A stretch of 64,000 nt of DNA from Octopus sinensis. Its lineage: Eukaryota. Location: positions 55,242,001 to 55,306,000 of the forward strand of contig NC_042998.1 of the NCBI RefSeq assembly GCF_006345805.1, written 5' to 3'. The notes below the pieces were generated by a model. The model was not told the DNA's origin. It did no database searches and worked only from the letters and a program-made list of their open reading frames with translations. The position numbers were made by a program, and so were the translations under genes. Shown here one piece after another: positions 50,783 through 63,902 of the stretch. The number at the start of each line of letters is the position of its first letter. Position 1 is the first letter of the stretch.

Positions 50783-53276
50783 TACTTTGCCCAATTATTT
50801 CTCTCAAGAATGACACCCTTGCTCACGAATTTTTTTCTTGTACCAAATGACTATTAAGTTCAAATTAAATATGTCCCGACCCAACTCATTGATTTCAATA
50901 ATCTTCGGAAGAAGTCTTCAAAGGTCACACTCTCCGTCCCTCTTCCTGCGACTAAATCATTTAAAAACTCAAAAAGCTGTCATTAATGGATCTACTTTCT
51001 GTTAACATAGGTAATTCAGCCAGAAGACGCCATGCCACAAAATAAAAAGGCTATCATATTTTCAACCAATACTAGCTTTAATAACTCTGAAATCCTCTTC
51101 TTCACTTCTACAGAGCAAAGCTAGCTTGACACGCCCTTTACTATCTTGAAATTATCACAAATCAACTGCCACGTGATATCGAATGTCACTAACAAAATGA
51201 ATCTGAGTCGTATCAACTAAATCAACTTTGACTTTTGTTTTAAAAGTACTTTTTTCAGTTACAACAAACCTTTTTGAAACTGTGAATAAGACATTCCATC
51301 TATATTATTACTTTAGTTGATTTTTACCATTATCCTGTGGGATTCGATTCATTCAGTTATTTTAGTGCGTGGGGTGGGAGTAATTTCCACATATTCATTC
51401 TCCATTCTTTTACTTATTACGCGGTAATTCGGTTCATGACTATTATTTCTGATTTTCTTTAGCAACATCAAGAATAGCTAGATATATATTTTCAACTTAA
51501 ATTCTAATATATTACCTTCGCATTTACACACACATGCGCGCGCACACACATACACACATATGTACACACACATAATATACGCGCGCATGCTCGCACACAT
51601 ACACACCCAAATATATATGATAGCATCTGTGTATGCTTGCGAGTGTTTGTATAAGTATGTGTGTGTTTGTGTAAGCGTGTGTGTTTGTGTGAGTGCGTGT
51701 GTGCTTGTGCAAATGTGTGTGTGTGTACGTGTATGTGAGTTAGGCGTGCGTGTTGTGTGCGCGCACGTATGTGTGTGTATTTATTCGCATGTTCAACAGA
51801 CAGAATTATATTTCTAAGCCTTATGGTCGACTATGCAAATCAGCTGATTGAAAACAAATTACTGGTTAATATGCAAATCGAGTTTTTTAGTTCACGTAAT
51901 GACGTGGTTGCTGAAATACTCATCTGTCATTCATAATTCAAGAGGATTTTTTTTCTCAGAAGTTCATAAGAAATAATAAATTTAGTCATGTGCCAGCAAT
52001 TCGAAATGATTTTTGCTTGTTTTGTTTAGGATTGGAGTATCGCAGTGAAAAATATGGCGTCTCTCAATAATAAAAGAGTTCACAGATCTTCGATAGACTT
52101 TGATGCTTATTTTTTACATCACTTAAAGTTATCTATACAGATAATCTATATAAGATATAGCCAGCTCTGATTTTTGTTACAACGTTTCGTATCCGGTATG
52201 TCAGATGTAAACAAACAATAAGCTCGAAAATGAAAAAAGGGTAACGGGCGTATGTGCCATATTTCATGGGTTTTTCCCCTTCATCAACACCCATTTAACC
52301 CCTTAATCATCTACAAGCACATTGCTTAAACAGCCACCAAATACAGCAGTGTAACGATAGTGGATATACCTATTTTACATATTAAACGTATTCCATCCAG
52401 GAAGCTAGAACGTGAATGTTAATGACTTGCTGACGTCTCGCATACAAAACGCTATAACAAAAATCAGTGCTGGCAATAATTTCTATAACACAGTAGGGAC
52501 ACGGTGTTGACTTATAAAACGTTTAATATACTCTAAAGTATTTTACGGTTGCATTACGAAATACCGCGTACCTATAAGACATTAATATTTAATACTGATG
52601 TTTTACTTCATCTCACTCATAGAATCCTGATAGTCTCTCAATTATCTTTATATTTCCATATATATTTCGAAAGTGCTGCAGTTATCGTTAAAGGTCTTAT
52701 GATTTCATGTTTATTCTAAGAGCTGCTTCGGGATAATTGAAACTTTAGTTGCCATACTTCTATAATGTCATGCTAAAATCACGAAAAAACAACCGCAGTT
52801 TGGAAATTTAGTCCTAGTCGTCTTACATATAAATAAAAATATATAAGGTTGTACTCGGTCCTGATAGAATGTAGGATTAAGCGTTTTCATGTTTCTTCCT
52901 AGTAGTCGTCTTAATCTGAAGCCAGGTTTATCACTGCTACCTTTAGTGGTATCTACTCGGGAACAAGCATTCAGGACATATTTAATCTGAAGTTAATATT
53001 ATACAATCTTCATCAAAACAGATACGGAGAACCTGAAAAGGCCACTCATAAGCACTGGGTTCTTTTTATTTTTATGAAGCCAATAAAAATAGAAAGAGCA
53101 GGTACTTTTATGTGCAATCCAATATCGTGACACAAACTCAGGAAAAAGTATAAAAAAAAATATATATATATATAAATGTATGTGCGTATGGGTGTGTGTG
53201 TGTAATCTCTGGATTCCTCTGTGATATAGGGTCGATTCGATTCGTCGTTTCGTCCCACTTCCCTTCCTCCCAGTTT

Positions 53277-53312
<36 letters not shown>

Positions 53313-53398
53313 AGAGGAAATCCAGAGATTACACACACACACCCATACGCACATACATTTATATATATTATATATATATATAAATACGCACATACATT

Positions 53399-53432
<34 letters not shown>

Positions 53433-53581
53433 ATATATATATAATATATATGTATGTATGTATAAATATATATACACATATATATATATATAGGAATATG
53501 GATGCATGTATATGTTTGTTTGTGTGGATATCTATCTAACAGCCTTTATATGTGTCTGTGTACTATGTGGGAGGGTGCGTG

Positions 53582-53612
<31 letters not shown>

Positions 53613-54330
53613 ACACACACACCCTCTTACAAATACGCACAAACACTCACACACGCACAAACAGACAGACACACACACACACAAGAGCAACACTCACACA
53701 CACACGCGCACGCGCTGTATTTGTCTGCATATTTATGTGAATTTATAAAAAGGGTATTACATTTTAAAATAGGTTACTCGGCCCAATCGCAATAAGTTAT
53801 GTATATGTGAGCATTCTTTGCAACTTCGCTTGGCTATTATTTCAGCGTAAATATAGCCATTCAGTTTTGGAATGCGAAAATATAAGAACAACTACGAAAC
53901 CTCTAGAGGGATTTTCTTGGTACTTTAGCTTTGCTGATTCCCACTGACTTATTGATATCTAATATCCAAACAATTAATCGGTGTTGATGTTTCGCAGCTT
54001 TTTCTAAGTCGGGTAACTTGTTTCTGCCGATATCCAGTAGATTTCAATTGGATCATATCCAGAGTTTTTTTCTTCGTTTCTGCTTTTTGGTTGGTACATT
54101 TAGTTCAGGTCATTTGAACTTTGGGAATGATTAAAATTTATACTGAGAGAAGATGAATACACATACATACATATAATATATATAATATATATATATATAT
54201 AGATATATATATATATATAGATATATATATATATATATACTATATATATATATATAGATATATATATATTATATAATATATATATATAACATATATATAT
54301 GTTATATATATAATATATAATATATATATA

Positions 54331-54385
<55 letters not shown>

Positions 54386-54457
54386 TATGGTGATGCAAAC
54401 AGGAAAAATACAACTCAAAATATGAGTATATGTATATTTCTATTAATATTTAGCAGG

Positions 54458-54512
54458 AGCAAAGTTGATAAGTATCAAAGCATGAAACTCTCTGCTCTTG
54501 AGTCACTCTGCT
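54458..54512 (+). ncRNA. Decayed type I hammerhead-like motif
   Basis: AGCAAAGT TGATAA GTATCAAAGCAT GAA ACTC TCTGCTCTT GAGT C ACTCTGCT. Helices I and III and the GUC site are intact; core and helix II are damaged. Confidence 0.45.
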
Positions 54513-54596
54513 GCTTCTGCCTAATACGAATACATATATCTATATGTATATCTATATCTATTTCTATATCTATATCTATATCTATATCTATATCTA

Positions 54597-54704
<108 letters not shown>

Positions 54705-55386
54705 ATTATATATATATACATACATACATACATACATACATACATACATACATGCACACATATATAATATACAATATATATTCTTATACATATGCATATA
54801 CATACACACATACATACACACATAAATACATACATACATACATGCATACATGCATACATACATACATACATACATACATACATTCATACATGCATATATG
54901 TATTTATGTGTGTATGTATGTTGAAGCATGTTTCTAGAAGGTCATACTGATACAGAACCAGATATGCTGGGAGTGCCTTAGAACATTTTGGAAATTTTTG
55001 ATTGCGCTTGAGATCATGGCTTTCCCACACTCCCAGCATTGTATATCTTGTTCTGGTTTGTCTCTGGATCATGTCAACAGGGTGGATAAGGTCTGTGAGC
55101 TGTTGTACACACCTTCTTTGGTCCTTATATTTTAGGTTGCCCTATCGCCAGCGAGGCACCAATACGATACCAGATTATTAGGAGGGTGCCGTGGCGAATA
55201 GGGAAACTGCGGGCGCAAACCTGGGTGAACCCGACCGCAGGTGCAATAACCTCATCCATGGGCATTGCTGGCATTTTGCATGGGCAATGGTCAGTGATGG
55301 TCTTCCACAGTCAACCCTGATGTATGTATGTATGTATGTATGTATGTATGTATGTATGTATGTATGTATGTACGCCTGCTTGGTTC

Positions 55387-55438
55387 GGCAGCTCTACATT
55401 GATAAGGGCAAATACCCTGAAACTAGTTTGTAGATGCC
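55387..55438 (+). ncRNA. Minimal type I hammerhead-like motif with UUGAUAA core
   Basis: GGCA GC TCTACA TTGATAA GGG CAAATA CCC T GAA ACTAGT T TGTAGA TGCC. Helix I has 6+4 bp, helix II has 3 bp, helix III is palindromic. Confidence 0.5.
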
Positions 55439-55608
55439 AGACCAGCAAACGGAAGCGGCTGACCTCCCCTGTTCGAAGGTTATAATGGACACAGGTTCGT
55501 GTGTCACATAGAGTCGATGGGCTCTTGGAGCTAATTAACGGCAGCATTCGTCCTATTTTTCTGGACTGCCATGTTAGCTTGGCGTTAACTATTAATATAT
55601 ATATATGT

Positions 55609-55683
<75 letters not shown>

Positions 55684-56029
55684 TATGTATATATATATAT
55701 ATATATAAATAATAGAAATATCTATAAGAATGCCATATTAATATGGCGATATATATAGTATGTATTATTGTGTGGTGTGTGTGTGTGTGTTGTGTGTTGT
55801 GAGCATGAGTCTGCGTGTATGATGACACGCACAAGATTTTTTTCTTTTTTTCTCTCTTTATTTCTTTACTTATTTGTTTATTTATCTATGTAATTGCTTA
55901 TTCAACGACATAACAGGCAAACTATTTCAATTATCCTCGTGACATTATTATGATTTCAAAAGTTATCTAGAACATTCCGGAGGGAAATATATTTAACATC
56001 AGCAACATAAGCTCATAGGTCTTCGACCT

Positions 56030-56088
56030 GTAACTAGTTTGAGGAGCTGCAACGCCCGAAACTCTCGGACCTTGAGTCACTCTGTTAC
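56030..56088 (+). ncRNA. Type I hammerhead-like motif, near canonical
   Basis: GTAAC T AGT TTGAGGA GCTGCAACGCCC GAA ACTC TCGGACCTT GAGT C ACT CT GTTAC. GUC site at C 56078; C3 is replaced by U and helix II is weak. Confidence 0.55.
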
Positions 56089-56118
56089 CTCTGCTAAATA
56101 TTAATAGAAATACAAATA

Positions 56119-56155
<37 letters not shown>

Positions 56156-56207
56156 ACTTATATGCACAAAACTACGATAGCACCTTACATTCGAGATAAT
56201 GTAAACC

Positions 56208-56415
56208 GGCTAACCGGCTGAATCGTTACTGCGCCGGACAAAATGCTTATCAGCATTTCTTCCGTCATTATTTTCTGAGATCAAATTCCGCCGAGCTTGA
56301 CTTTGTCTTTTTTCATCCTTTCGGGGTCGATAAAGTAAGTACCAGCTGAGACCTGAGGTCGATGTTGTCGACTAGCCTCTTCATCAACATTCCAGGACTT
56401 GTGCCTATAGCAGAA
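56208..56415 (+). mobile_element. SINE family B, diverged
   Basis: gaatcgttactgcgccgg...gagatcaaattccgccgag...cctttcggggtcgat. Confidence 0.8.
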
Positions 56416-56589
56416 AGGATGTGAAAGATAATGTACTTGGCAAATGACATTGCTTTTTGTATATGACGATTACTATGTTCTTACATATATGTGTGTATAT
56501 ATGCTTCTATAAATAACGTACATACACTACACACACATGCATACATATGAATGTATGTGTGAGCGAATATATATGTATGTATGCATGTA

Positions 56590-56625
<36 letters not shown>

Positions 56626-56775
56626 CTTAATAATTAGGGTTCAGCAAAGGTTTGCTTTACCACATACCGAAGTTTAGAAATAGCAGCCAAAGCACCTTAG
56701 CTATTTCTTCTACTTTAAAAAGGGACTCCCAGAAAATTATTGATTACTTCTTAATTAATTAATTTTACCCTTTGT

Positions 56776-56828
<53 letters not shown>

Positions 56829-57909
56829 ATCCCAAAAAAATAGAAAATAAAAACAAGAAAAACAACAACAATGTGAGGACGATGCAAAGTATTGATAAGA
56901 GGGATTGCTTTGGAGTATCTAATTCGCGGAATTGTTTGTACCATCGGATTACATTACTTTATTCATCAGGAGTACGCCATATGTATATACGACTGAAACT
57001 TTGAAACTTTTATCACCCTCTCTTCTAAAAGTTTAATAAACTAACAAGCATTGAGCAAACTTTCAGGTCAATGTTAAATTGTTTGTATATATAATTTTGC
57101 TTAAAAACAAGCATTAACACACACGCACACATACGTGCGCGCGCACCCACAATATATATATATATATGTGTATGCGTGAGTGTAATATATACACATATAT
57201 ACAAACGAAGACGGACAAAGATATATCTACATTATGCAGGTATACACAAACATACACAGGAATAAAAAAACAACAACATTACAGGGGCATACGGCGTTAC
57301 GCTGGCAACAACCTCAACTTTAAAAACCGTTTTGTCAGCTGATATCACCATATCTAAAAATGTACCTTATTCAAACGATGCCTACGCAGGCAAATGAAGC
57401 GTGTTTCTTTTACTAGAAGGATAGAATAAAACAAACTTTGGTCAACATCTGTATCAACAAGGCTGATAACGAAGCCGTAGAACTCTGCCTCGTTATCAGC
57501 AGATATCGACTGTAGAAGCTATCGTGTAACTGGAAATGTCTATAATTACTAACATCGGATAAAATAGCCTGAACAAGAATTAAGAAATGAAGTAAATGAA
57601 GAAAGGTTTGTTCTTTCTACCCTCTCTATCGTTAGCAAATACATCAGATGTACGATATACTTTATGGTTCGCTGTTCAGCAGTTCTAAATAAAAGTTATT
57701 GTGATAAGTGATAAGGATGTTGGGACGTGTATCTTATAAGCTAGATCAGTGTTTTAACATTAAGGAAGAAAGAATTAAGGTTGATTAATCAACGTTTGTT
57801 TTAGACATTAATACTGTAATAAACATACATAGAAATAAATATACATACATATACGTATACATACACACATACAAGCGCGTGTTCATACACACACACGCAC
57901 ATACACACA

Positions 57910-58711
57910 AGCTAAAGCATGCAGAGTAAAGCCGCTTGGCATAGATTGACCTTGATCTCTGCTATCCATGCGCACTAAATTTTAACGTTTTAGCTTCCTT
58001 CCGCTGTTTACAGCAATGCTTGGAAGAAAAGTGTGTAGCGTGTGATCGTCGCATTGACTATGATAGAGAACCTGCATCAAATTTTGTCAAAAGCTTGGCG
58101 ATACATGTTCGGTGTCCTACGCAAAGTTTTCAAAAAGTATTCATCGTTCTCGACTCAGTCAAGGAGATCTTGAGCCCAAGTAACTTTTGGATCAGCTGAA
58201 AGAACTCTTGGCACAAACATAGCAGATACGCGTCTCATACCAAAATTTTCAGTGATAACGGACTGAATTGAACCATAACTTATCTGCACATCCTCTGATA
58301 ACTCATGGATGGTGATTCGGCGATTTCCCCTCACAGCTGCACGCAAATCTGCGATGTTCTTCTCAGTTCTGCTTGTTGCGGGACTCCCAGAACGTTTGTC
58401 GATATTGACATTTTTCGGCCATCTTGGAAACGTCTGAACCCCTCGTACACTTGTTTGCGGCTCAAACACTCCTCTCCATACACTTTCTGCAACTTTGCGT
58501 TGGCATCTGAACAGGTATCGCCCTGACAACTTTCTCTGTCATGGTCAATACGACGATCTCACGCTACACACCTTCCTTCCAAGCACTACTATAAACAACG
58601 GAACTGCATATGCACAACAGAGTTCAAGGTCAATCTTTGCTAAGCGGTTTTACTCTGTGCTTTAGCTTCGTCACTATGACAACAATCCGGATACTTACTG
58701 ATCAGACCTCG
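57910..58711 (-). mobile_element. Rearranged mariner made of two inverted 5' ends; HTH-coding remnant on the minus strand
   Basis: Right end TA|CGAGGTCTGATCAGTAAGT. Minus-strand translation reads GDTCSDANAKLQKVYGEECLSRKQVYEGFRRFQDG / RSGSP...NRRITIHELSEDVQISYGSIQSVITENFGMRRVSAMFVPRVLS. Left part 57910-58135 is an inverted copy of the same 5' UTR and N-terminus (CIKFCQKLGDTCS). Confidence 0.85.
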
Positions 58712-59345
58712 TATGTCTTCCTCTCCCTGTCTATCCATATATAAAGGCATAAAAACATACACGTGCATACATACAGAATCTTTTACTCCGACTTCCTTCA
58801 AGCTAAGTAAGTTAAATTTCCGGAGGAGGTGTAATTTGGAAGTGACTGCTAAATTTTTTTGTTGTCGAATATAAATTCATAAAAGTTTCGATATATATGC
58901 ATTAAGCACTTTCTCAGTTAATGTTCTACAATTCATATATACCATTATTTTTAAGACGCAAACATGCCCACATACATAAATGTGTAGTAAATACTCACAC
59001 ACACATACACATATTCATTCCAGAGTTCAAAAAGAAACTACACCTGATCACTTGGAATACAGTACTTCAAAATAAGCCTGCGAATAAACAGAACATTTAA
59101 TCCATAACAATTATATTTTGTTCATGAGCCATAGGTGAAACAGAACATATTTTCTCGGACTAACAACCATGGATTAGATATTATATATATGTATAACAGG
59201 AATTCTTTACATGCCTATCTAACATGAAAATTTTTGTAATTCCTATTAATAAATGAAACACGTGTAATGGAAAATAAATAATACCCAAAAATTTCCACTT
59301 ACCCATATATAAATATGTGTGTTGGTATTTATGCATGCATGGTAG

Positions 59346-59386
<41 letters not shown>

Positions 59387-59402
59387 ATGTATTTAAATAT
59401 AC

Positions 59403-59454
<52 letters not shown>

Positions 59455-60087
59455 ATTATATATATATATATATATGCATATATATATATACGTACATACA
59501 TACATACACATATATATATACACACACATACACACACACATTTATACATACACATATGTATAGCATCAATACTATTAATAATAGAATACATTTCCTTTTC
59601 TTTTATCCTTTTCTTTTGAAGGTCATATTTTAAAAAATAGTACAATGGTACAAAGAAATATTAACCGCTGGCAATCGGGGCAGTGTTGAAATTGAAATGA
59701 TACACAGATTCCCTCCAGACTCTCGCTGCAGTATTCCATTACTTACTGTTTCAGTTTAACTGAAATACAAAAGTAACCACCAGAGATTGCAACTGTTTAA
59801 GGAGAATATCTTCTTTTCAGAATCTTTCATGTCTGAAGTATGAATAATTGTAGTCAGTTAACTAAATTCTTGAAAATTCCAACTCTCTGTCTTTCCGGAT
59901 ATAATATCGCGTTTAGATAAATCTTTGGAATTTTCCCGAAGAGTTATGATTCTAGAAATCGAACATTGAAATTTTAATGGCGTAGCAAGTAGATTTTAAA
60001 TCATGGTTGTTGTTTCTCTGTTTCATCTATTGAGAAACTGTGATGAGGACTTGCAGGAATCCCCACTCATTATTTCAGTTTTAATAA

Positions 60088-60255
60088 AGAGGCGAGTTAG
60101 ATGAATCGTTGGTACGCCGGGCAAAATACTTAGCGGCATTTCCTCCATCTTCACGCTCTGAGTTCAAATACCGCTGAGGTCCACGTTGCCTTCCATCTTT
60201 TGGGGTCGACCGCCTCCTCCGCACTTGCTGACCCTGTGCTAAAATTTGAAACTAT
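60088..60255 (+). mobile_element. SINE family B with internal deletion
   Basis: Head, B box gagttcaaataccgc, 3' gaccctgtgctaaaatttgaaac. Confidence 0.8.
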
Positions 60256-60600
60256 TATTTCGGTCCTAATACTTGTAGTTCTGCATTGACGGCTTATATA
60301 TATATTTGTGCCTTTTACTTTTGTTCGTTTGTATCATTTGAAAAAAAGGTGACTAGAGTCGAAAGGCACCTGTTGTTATGTCCTGTTATTTGTATTTGTG
60401 TAACTTTCTCCGTTTTTTTTTGTCTTTGTTTTCGTATACATTCGCTGCTTTCTTTCAAGGAATCTAATGCTCTTAGCTTAGTTTTTCTTTGAGGCTGGCC
60501 AGATTGGAGCAATCTCGAATATAACCAGCCGAAATTACAAAGATAATCTGGAACTCGACCGAGGAAAGAAAACTCCGAGTGACCCGTCCTTGTTCCATTT

Positions 60601-60677
<77 letters not shown>

Positions 60678-60851
60678 GTATATATGTATGTATGTATATA
60701 TATAAATTGAGAAATGGAGTTAAACGCAGATGTTATTCAAATCTTATAACACCTGCGTTTAATTCCATTTCTTAATTTATCTATGTTATACAATAATATT
60801 TCACTTGACCTGGAATTTCTGCCTTAATAAATAAGCTGTAACATATTTGGC

Positions 60852-61180
60852 ACTTTATTCTTTTATTCCTTTACTTGTTTCAGTCATTTCACTGCGGCCA
60901 TGCTTGGGCACCACCTTCAGTCGAGCAAATCAACCTCAGGACTTATTCTTTGTAAGCCCAGTACTTATTCTATCGGTCTCTTTTGATGAACCGCTAAGTT
61001 AGGGGACGTAAACACACCAGGTTGTCAAGCGATGTTGGGGGACAAACACAAACACACACACACAAACACGCATATATATATATATATATATATATATACG
61101 ATGGGCTCCTTTCAGTTTCCGTTTACCGAATCCACTCACAAGGCTTTGGTCGGCCCGAGGCTATAGTAGAAGACACTTGC
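60852..61180 (-). mobile_element. SINE family A lacking the tRNA head
   Basis: Reverse complement from the CORE (gcaagtgtcttctactatagcctcggg) to the tail. Confidence 0.9.
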
Positions 61181-61540
61181 ACACTTGGTTGTTCAAATCA
61201 TGCCATAAAACAACATTTACAACACCCTACAAATATACATTCAGGCTAAGAGCCAGCAAGGGAGTTTGAATGTGGTCACTTGAACATCTAAAAATAGTAA
61301 CCTAATCACCCTTAAATTATGCTCCACCGTCGTTAAAAAGGAAGAAAATACATTAGACATTGCAGTCCTAGATATCATTGCATAATGAAGCCATTAGATA
61401 ATGAAGTCCTGCTTGTCATGATGTGTGTTCGATTTTTTCGCTTTGAAAGGGAAATTTCCTTTACAAGCTGACAGTAAGGTGCCAAGGGCGAATGGGAAGA
61501 GGCTAAACGAGTTAGTGGGGAAAGCTGATAACAGACAGGC

Positions 61541-61593
<53 letters not shown>

Positions 61594-62005
61594 CATACAT
61601 ACATACATACATACATACATACATACATACATACATACATACATAGACAGACTATTTTTGTAAGAGAGAAGGAGATAGAGAGAAGCAAAGAAAGAAAGAA
61701 AGAAAGAAAAAAAGAAAGGAAGAAAAGAATGAAGGAAGGAAAGAAGAACAAGGAAAAACTGTTACGAAAAATATTATGTGTAATGAGGTGTTGAGCTTAA
61801 ACACCAACATTTTCTAATTTTATCAACTAGTCTGCAAATATTTCCTGTTAGATTCACATCAGTTAAGCATTACTTTAATATTTAGTATATTGTCACTAAC
61901 GCTATAGATAATTTAAATCTGAACGTCTCTATAGCCTTAAACCGAACAGTACTATCTCAAAATAAATAAGTTCGATATATAAGGTATCAAAATTATGTAA
62001 TATCA

Positions 62006-62218
62006 AGGTAGCAAGCTGGCAGAATCGTTAACAAGCCGAACAAAAAGCCTATCAGCATATCATCCGTCTCTACGTTCTGAGTTCAAACTCCGCTGAGGTC
62101 GACTTTGCGTGTCATCCCTTTGGGCTCGATAAAATAAGTAGCAGTTGAATACTGGGTCGATGCAATCGTACTGCTCCCCTAAAATTACTATTCTTGTGCC
62201 AAAATTTGAAGCCAATAT
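62006..62218 (+). mobile_element. SINE family B
   Basis: gcaagctggcagaatcgtt...gagttcaaactccgctgaggtcgactttgc...gtgccaaaatttgaagccaata. Confidence 0.87.
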
Positions 62219-63128
62219 TATAAGATATATAAAAATAAGAAATTTCAGAAAACGTGATATTTCCATGGTCTCGCTAGTTATGAATAAATACGTCTCATGG
62301 ATATAACTTTAAACTGTATGCATTGGGATTCTGTTTCGGGAGTTCTAGGGTCCTGAGGGAACCGCCTCTTAGTCACTATTTTCTCAGATCTACTCCGACC
62401 CGGAGTTGTAGCAGCTGTCAGGGTCACAGCTGTGGGTTAATTAGCATATAAGGGGATGCCCTTTTCATGCGTGTGAAGACTGGATTCGACTGTGCTGGAG
62501 AAACATTCATGGTTCAACGGAGCGGGAAAGGCGTCTTCGGAAGCGCATTGAGAGTATAGAGAGAGCAAGATGGGGTAAGTTATCTTGGTCATCCACAGCA
62601 TCTGTATCCATCCCCAGTCGTCTTGACCTGATCTTGCTAATGGGTTGAAGATGGTCAAGGACGAGAGAGTGGGGCTGACAGTGCGCAACTCTTCGCCATT
62701 TTTTTTTTTTGACAAATTTACCACACAAACGCGCAAATCAAAAGTCATCCTTTTAGGATGATTAGATGGTTCTCGGGACGAACATGGATGAATACGTGTA
62801 AACCCATAAAGGGTGAGAGTAGAATTTTGCATAGGTTAACAAAACACTTTGTAATATTATAGTATTGATGCTGTTTGAGGGTTAGGTACGTTGTTAATGG
62901 ACACATACCACAGCAATGATGACAAAATACGTCCCACCCACGCTCCACACACAGCTACACATAACCACACATACACAGATATACACATATGCATACACAT
63001 ACACATATACACACAAAATGTTTAGTTGGTGGTTTGACATTTCGTAAAACTCGCCCATCTGTCGTTCTCACAAATATATTATAACATTTTGATATATTCA
63101 TACACATCATCTCTCATGAATATGCAAT

Positions 63129-63163
<35 letters not shown>

Positions 63164-63407
63164 CCAATCTGGAATCTTTTATGCTATTGCTCGATCTGCT
63201 AGAAGTAACGGCCAAATATTTCTGAAATCACGCTCTACATTGAAAAAGAATGAAAAACACAGGGAATGATAGTGCTAATTATATTATAACCATAAGCAAA
63301 AAAAAACAAAAGAGGAATAGTTAAAGCTAGAATGATTTTGATGACACGTCTGTTCCAGTAGAGCCTCTCTAGGGAAAACAACAGCAGTGGCAACAACAAC
63401 AGCAACA

Positions 63408-63902
63408 GTGGAGGCGCAATGGCCCAGTGGTTAGGGCAACGGACTCGTGGTCGTAAGAACGAAGTTTCGATTCCCAGACCGGGCATTGTGAGTGTTTATT
63501 GGGCAAAAACACCTAAGCTCCACGAGGCTCCGGCGGGGGAGGGTGGTGAACCCCGCTGTACTTTTTCCCCACAACTTTCTCTCACTCCTTCTTCCTACTT
63601 CTGCCACAAGGCAGAGGAACCATGGTGTAACCCACTATGGTGTGGTAAACTTTCAGACCCTAGTCTAGATTGCGAATCCTCTATACCCCAGGATGGTTCA
63701 GCTCTCCATCCGTTAAAAGCCACCATTTACGGAATGAGGATAACAACGTAGCTTTCGCGCCCGTGCAACCGCCAGTCTATCGCATGTGATGGGTGGATCT
63801 TCATGTTGCTACACGCACTCTTAGTAGCTTAGAGTAGGCTCGAATTAGAGATTGTTCTTTGTGGCTGATGGCGTGAGTCCTGATTGGAAGAAGAAAAAGA
63901 AG
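63408..63902 (+). mobile_element. SINE family C, full length, TSD ACAACAGCAA(CA/AA)
   Basis: Colinear with 27634-28123. Flanks acaacagcaaca (63396-63407) and acaacagcaaaa (63903-63914). Confidence 0.9.

Noticed and set aside
55140-55205. GGCGAATAGGG resembling the HDV ribozyme J4/2-P2 end
   Set aside because: Only 9 nt separate the would-be P2 and P4, too short for P3/L3/P1; it folds as a simple nested hairpin.
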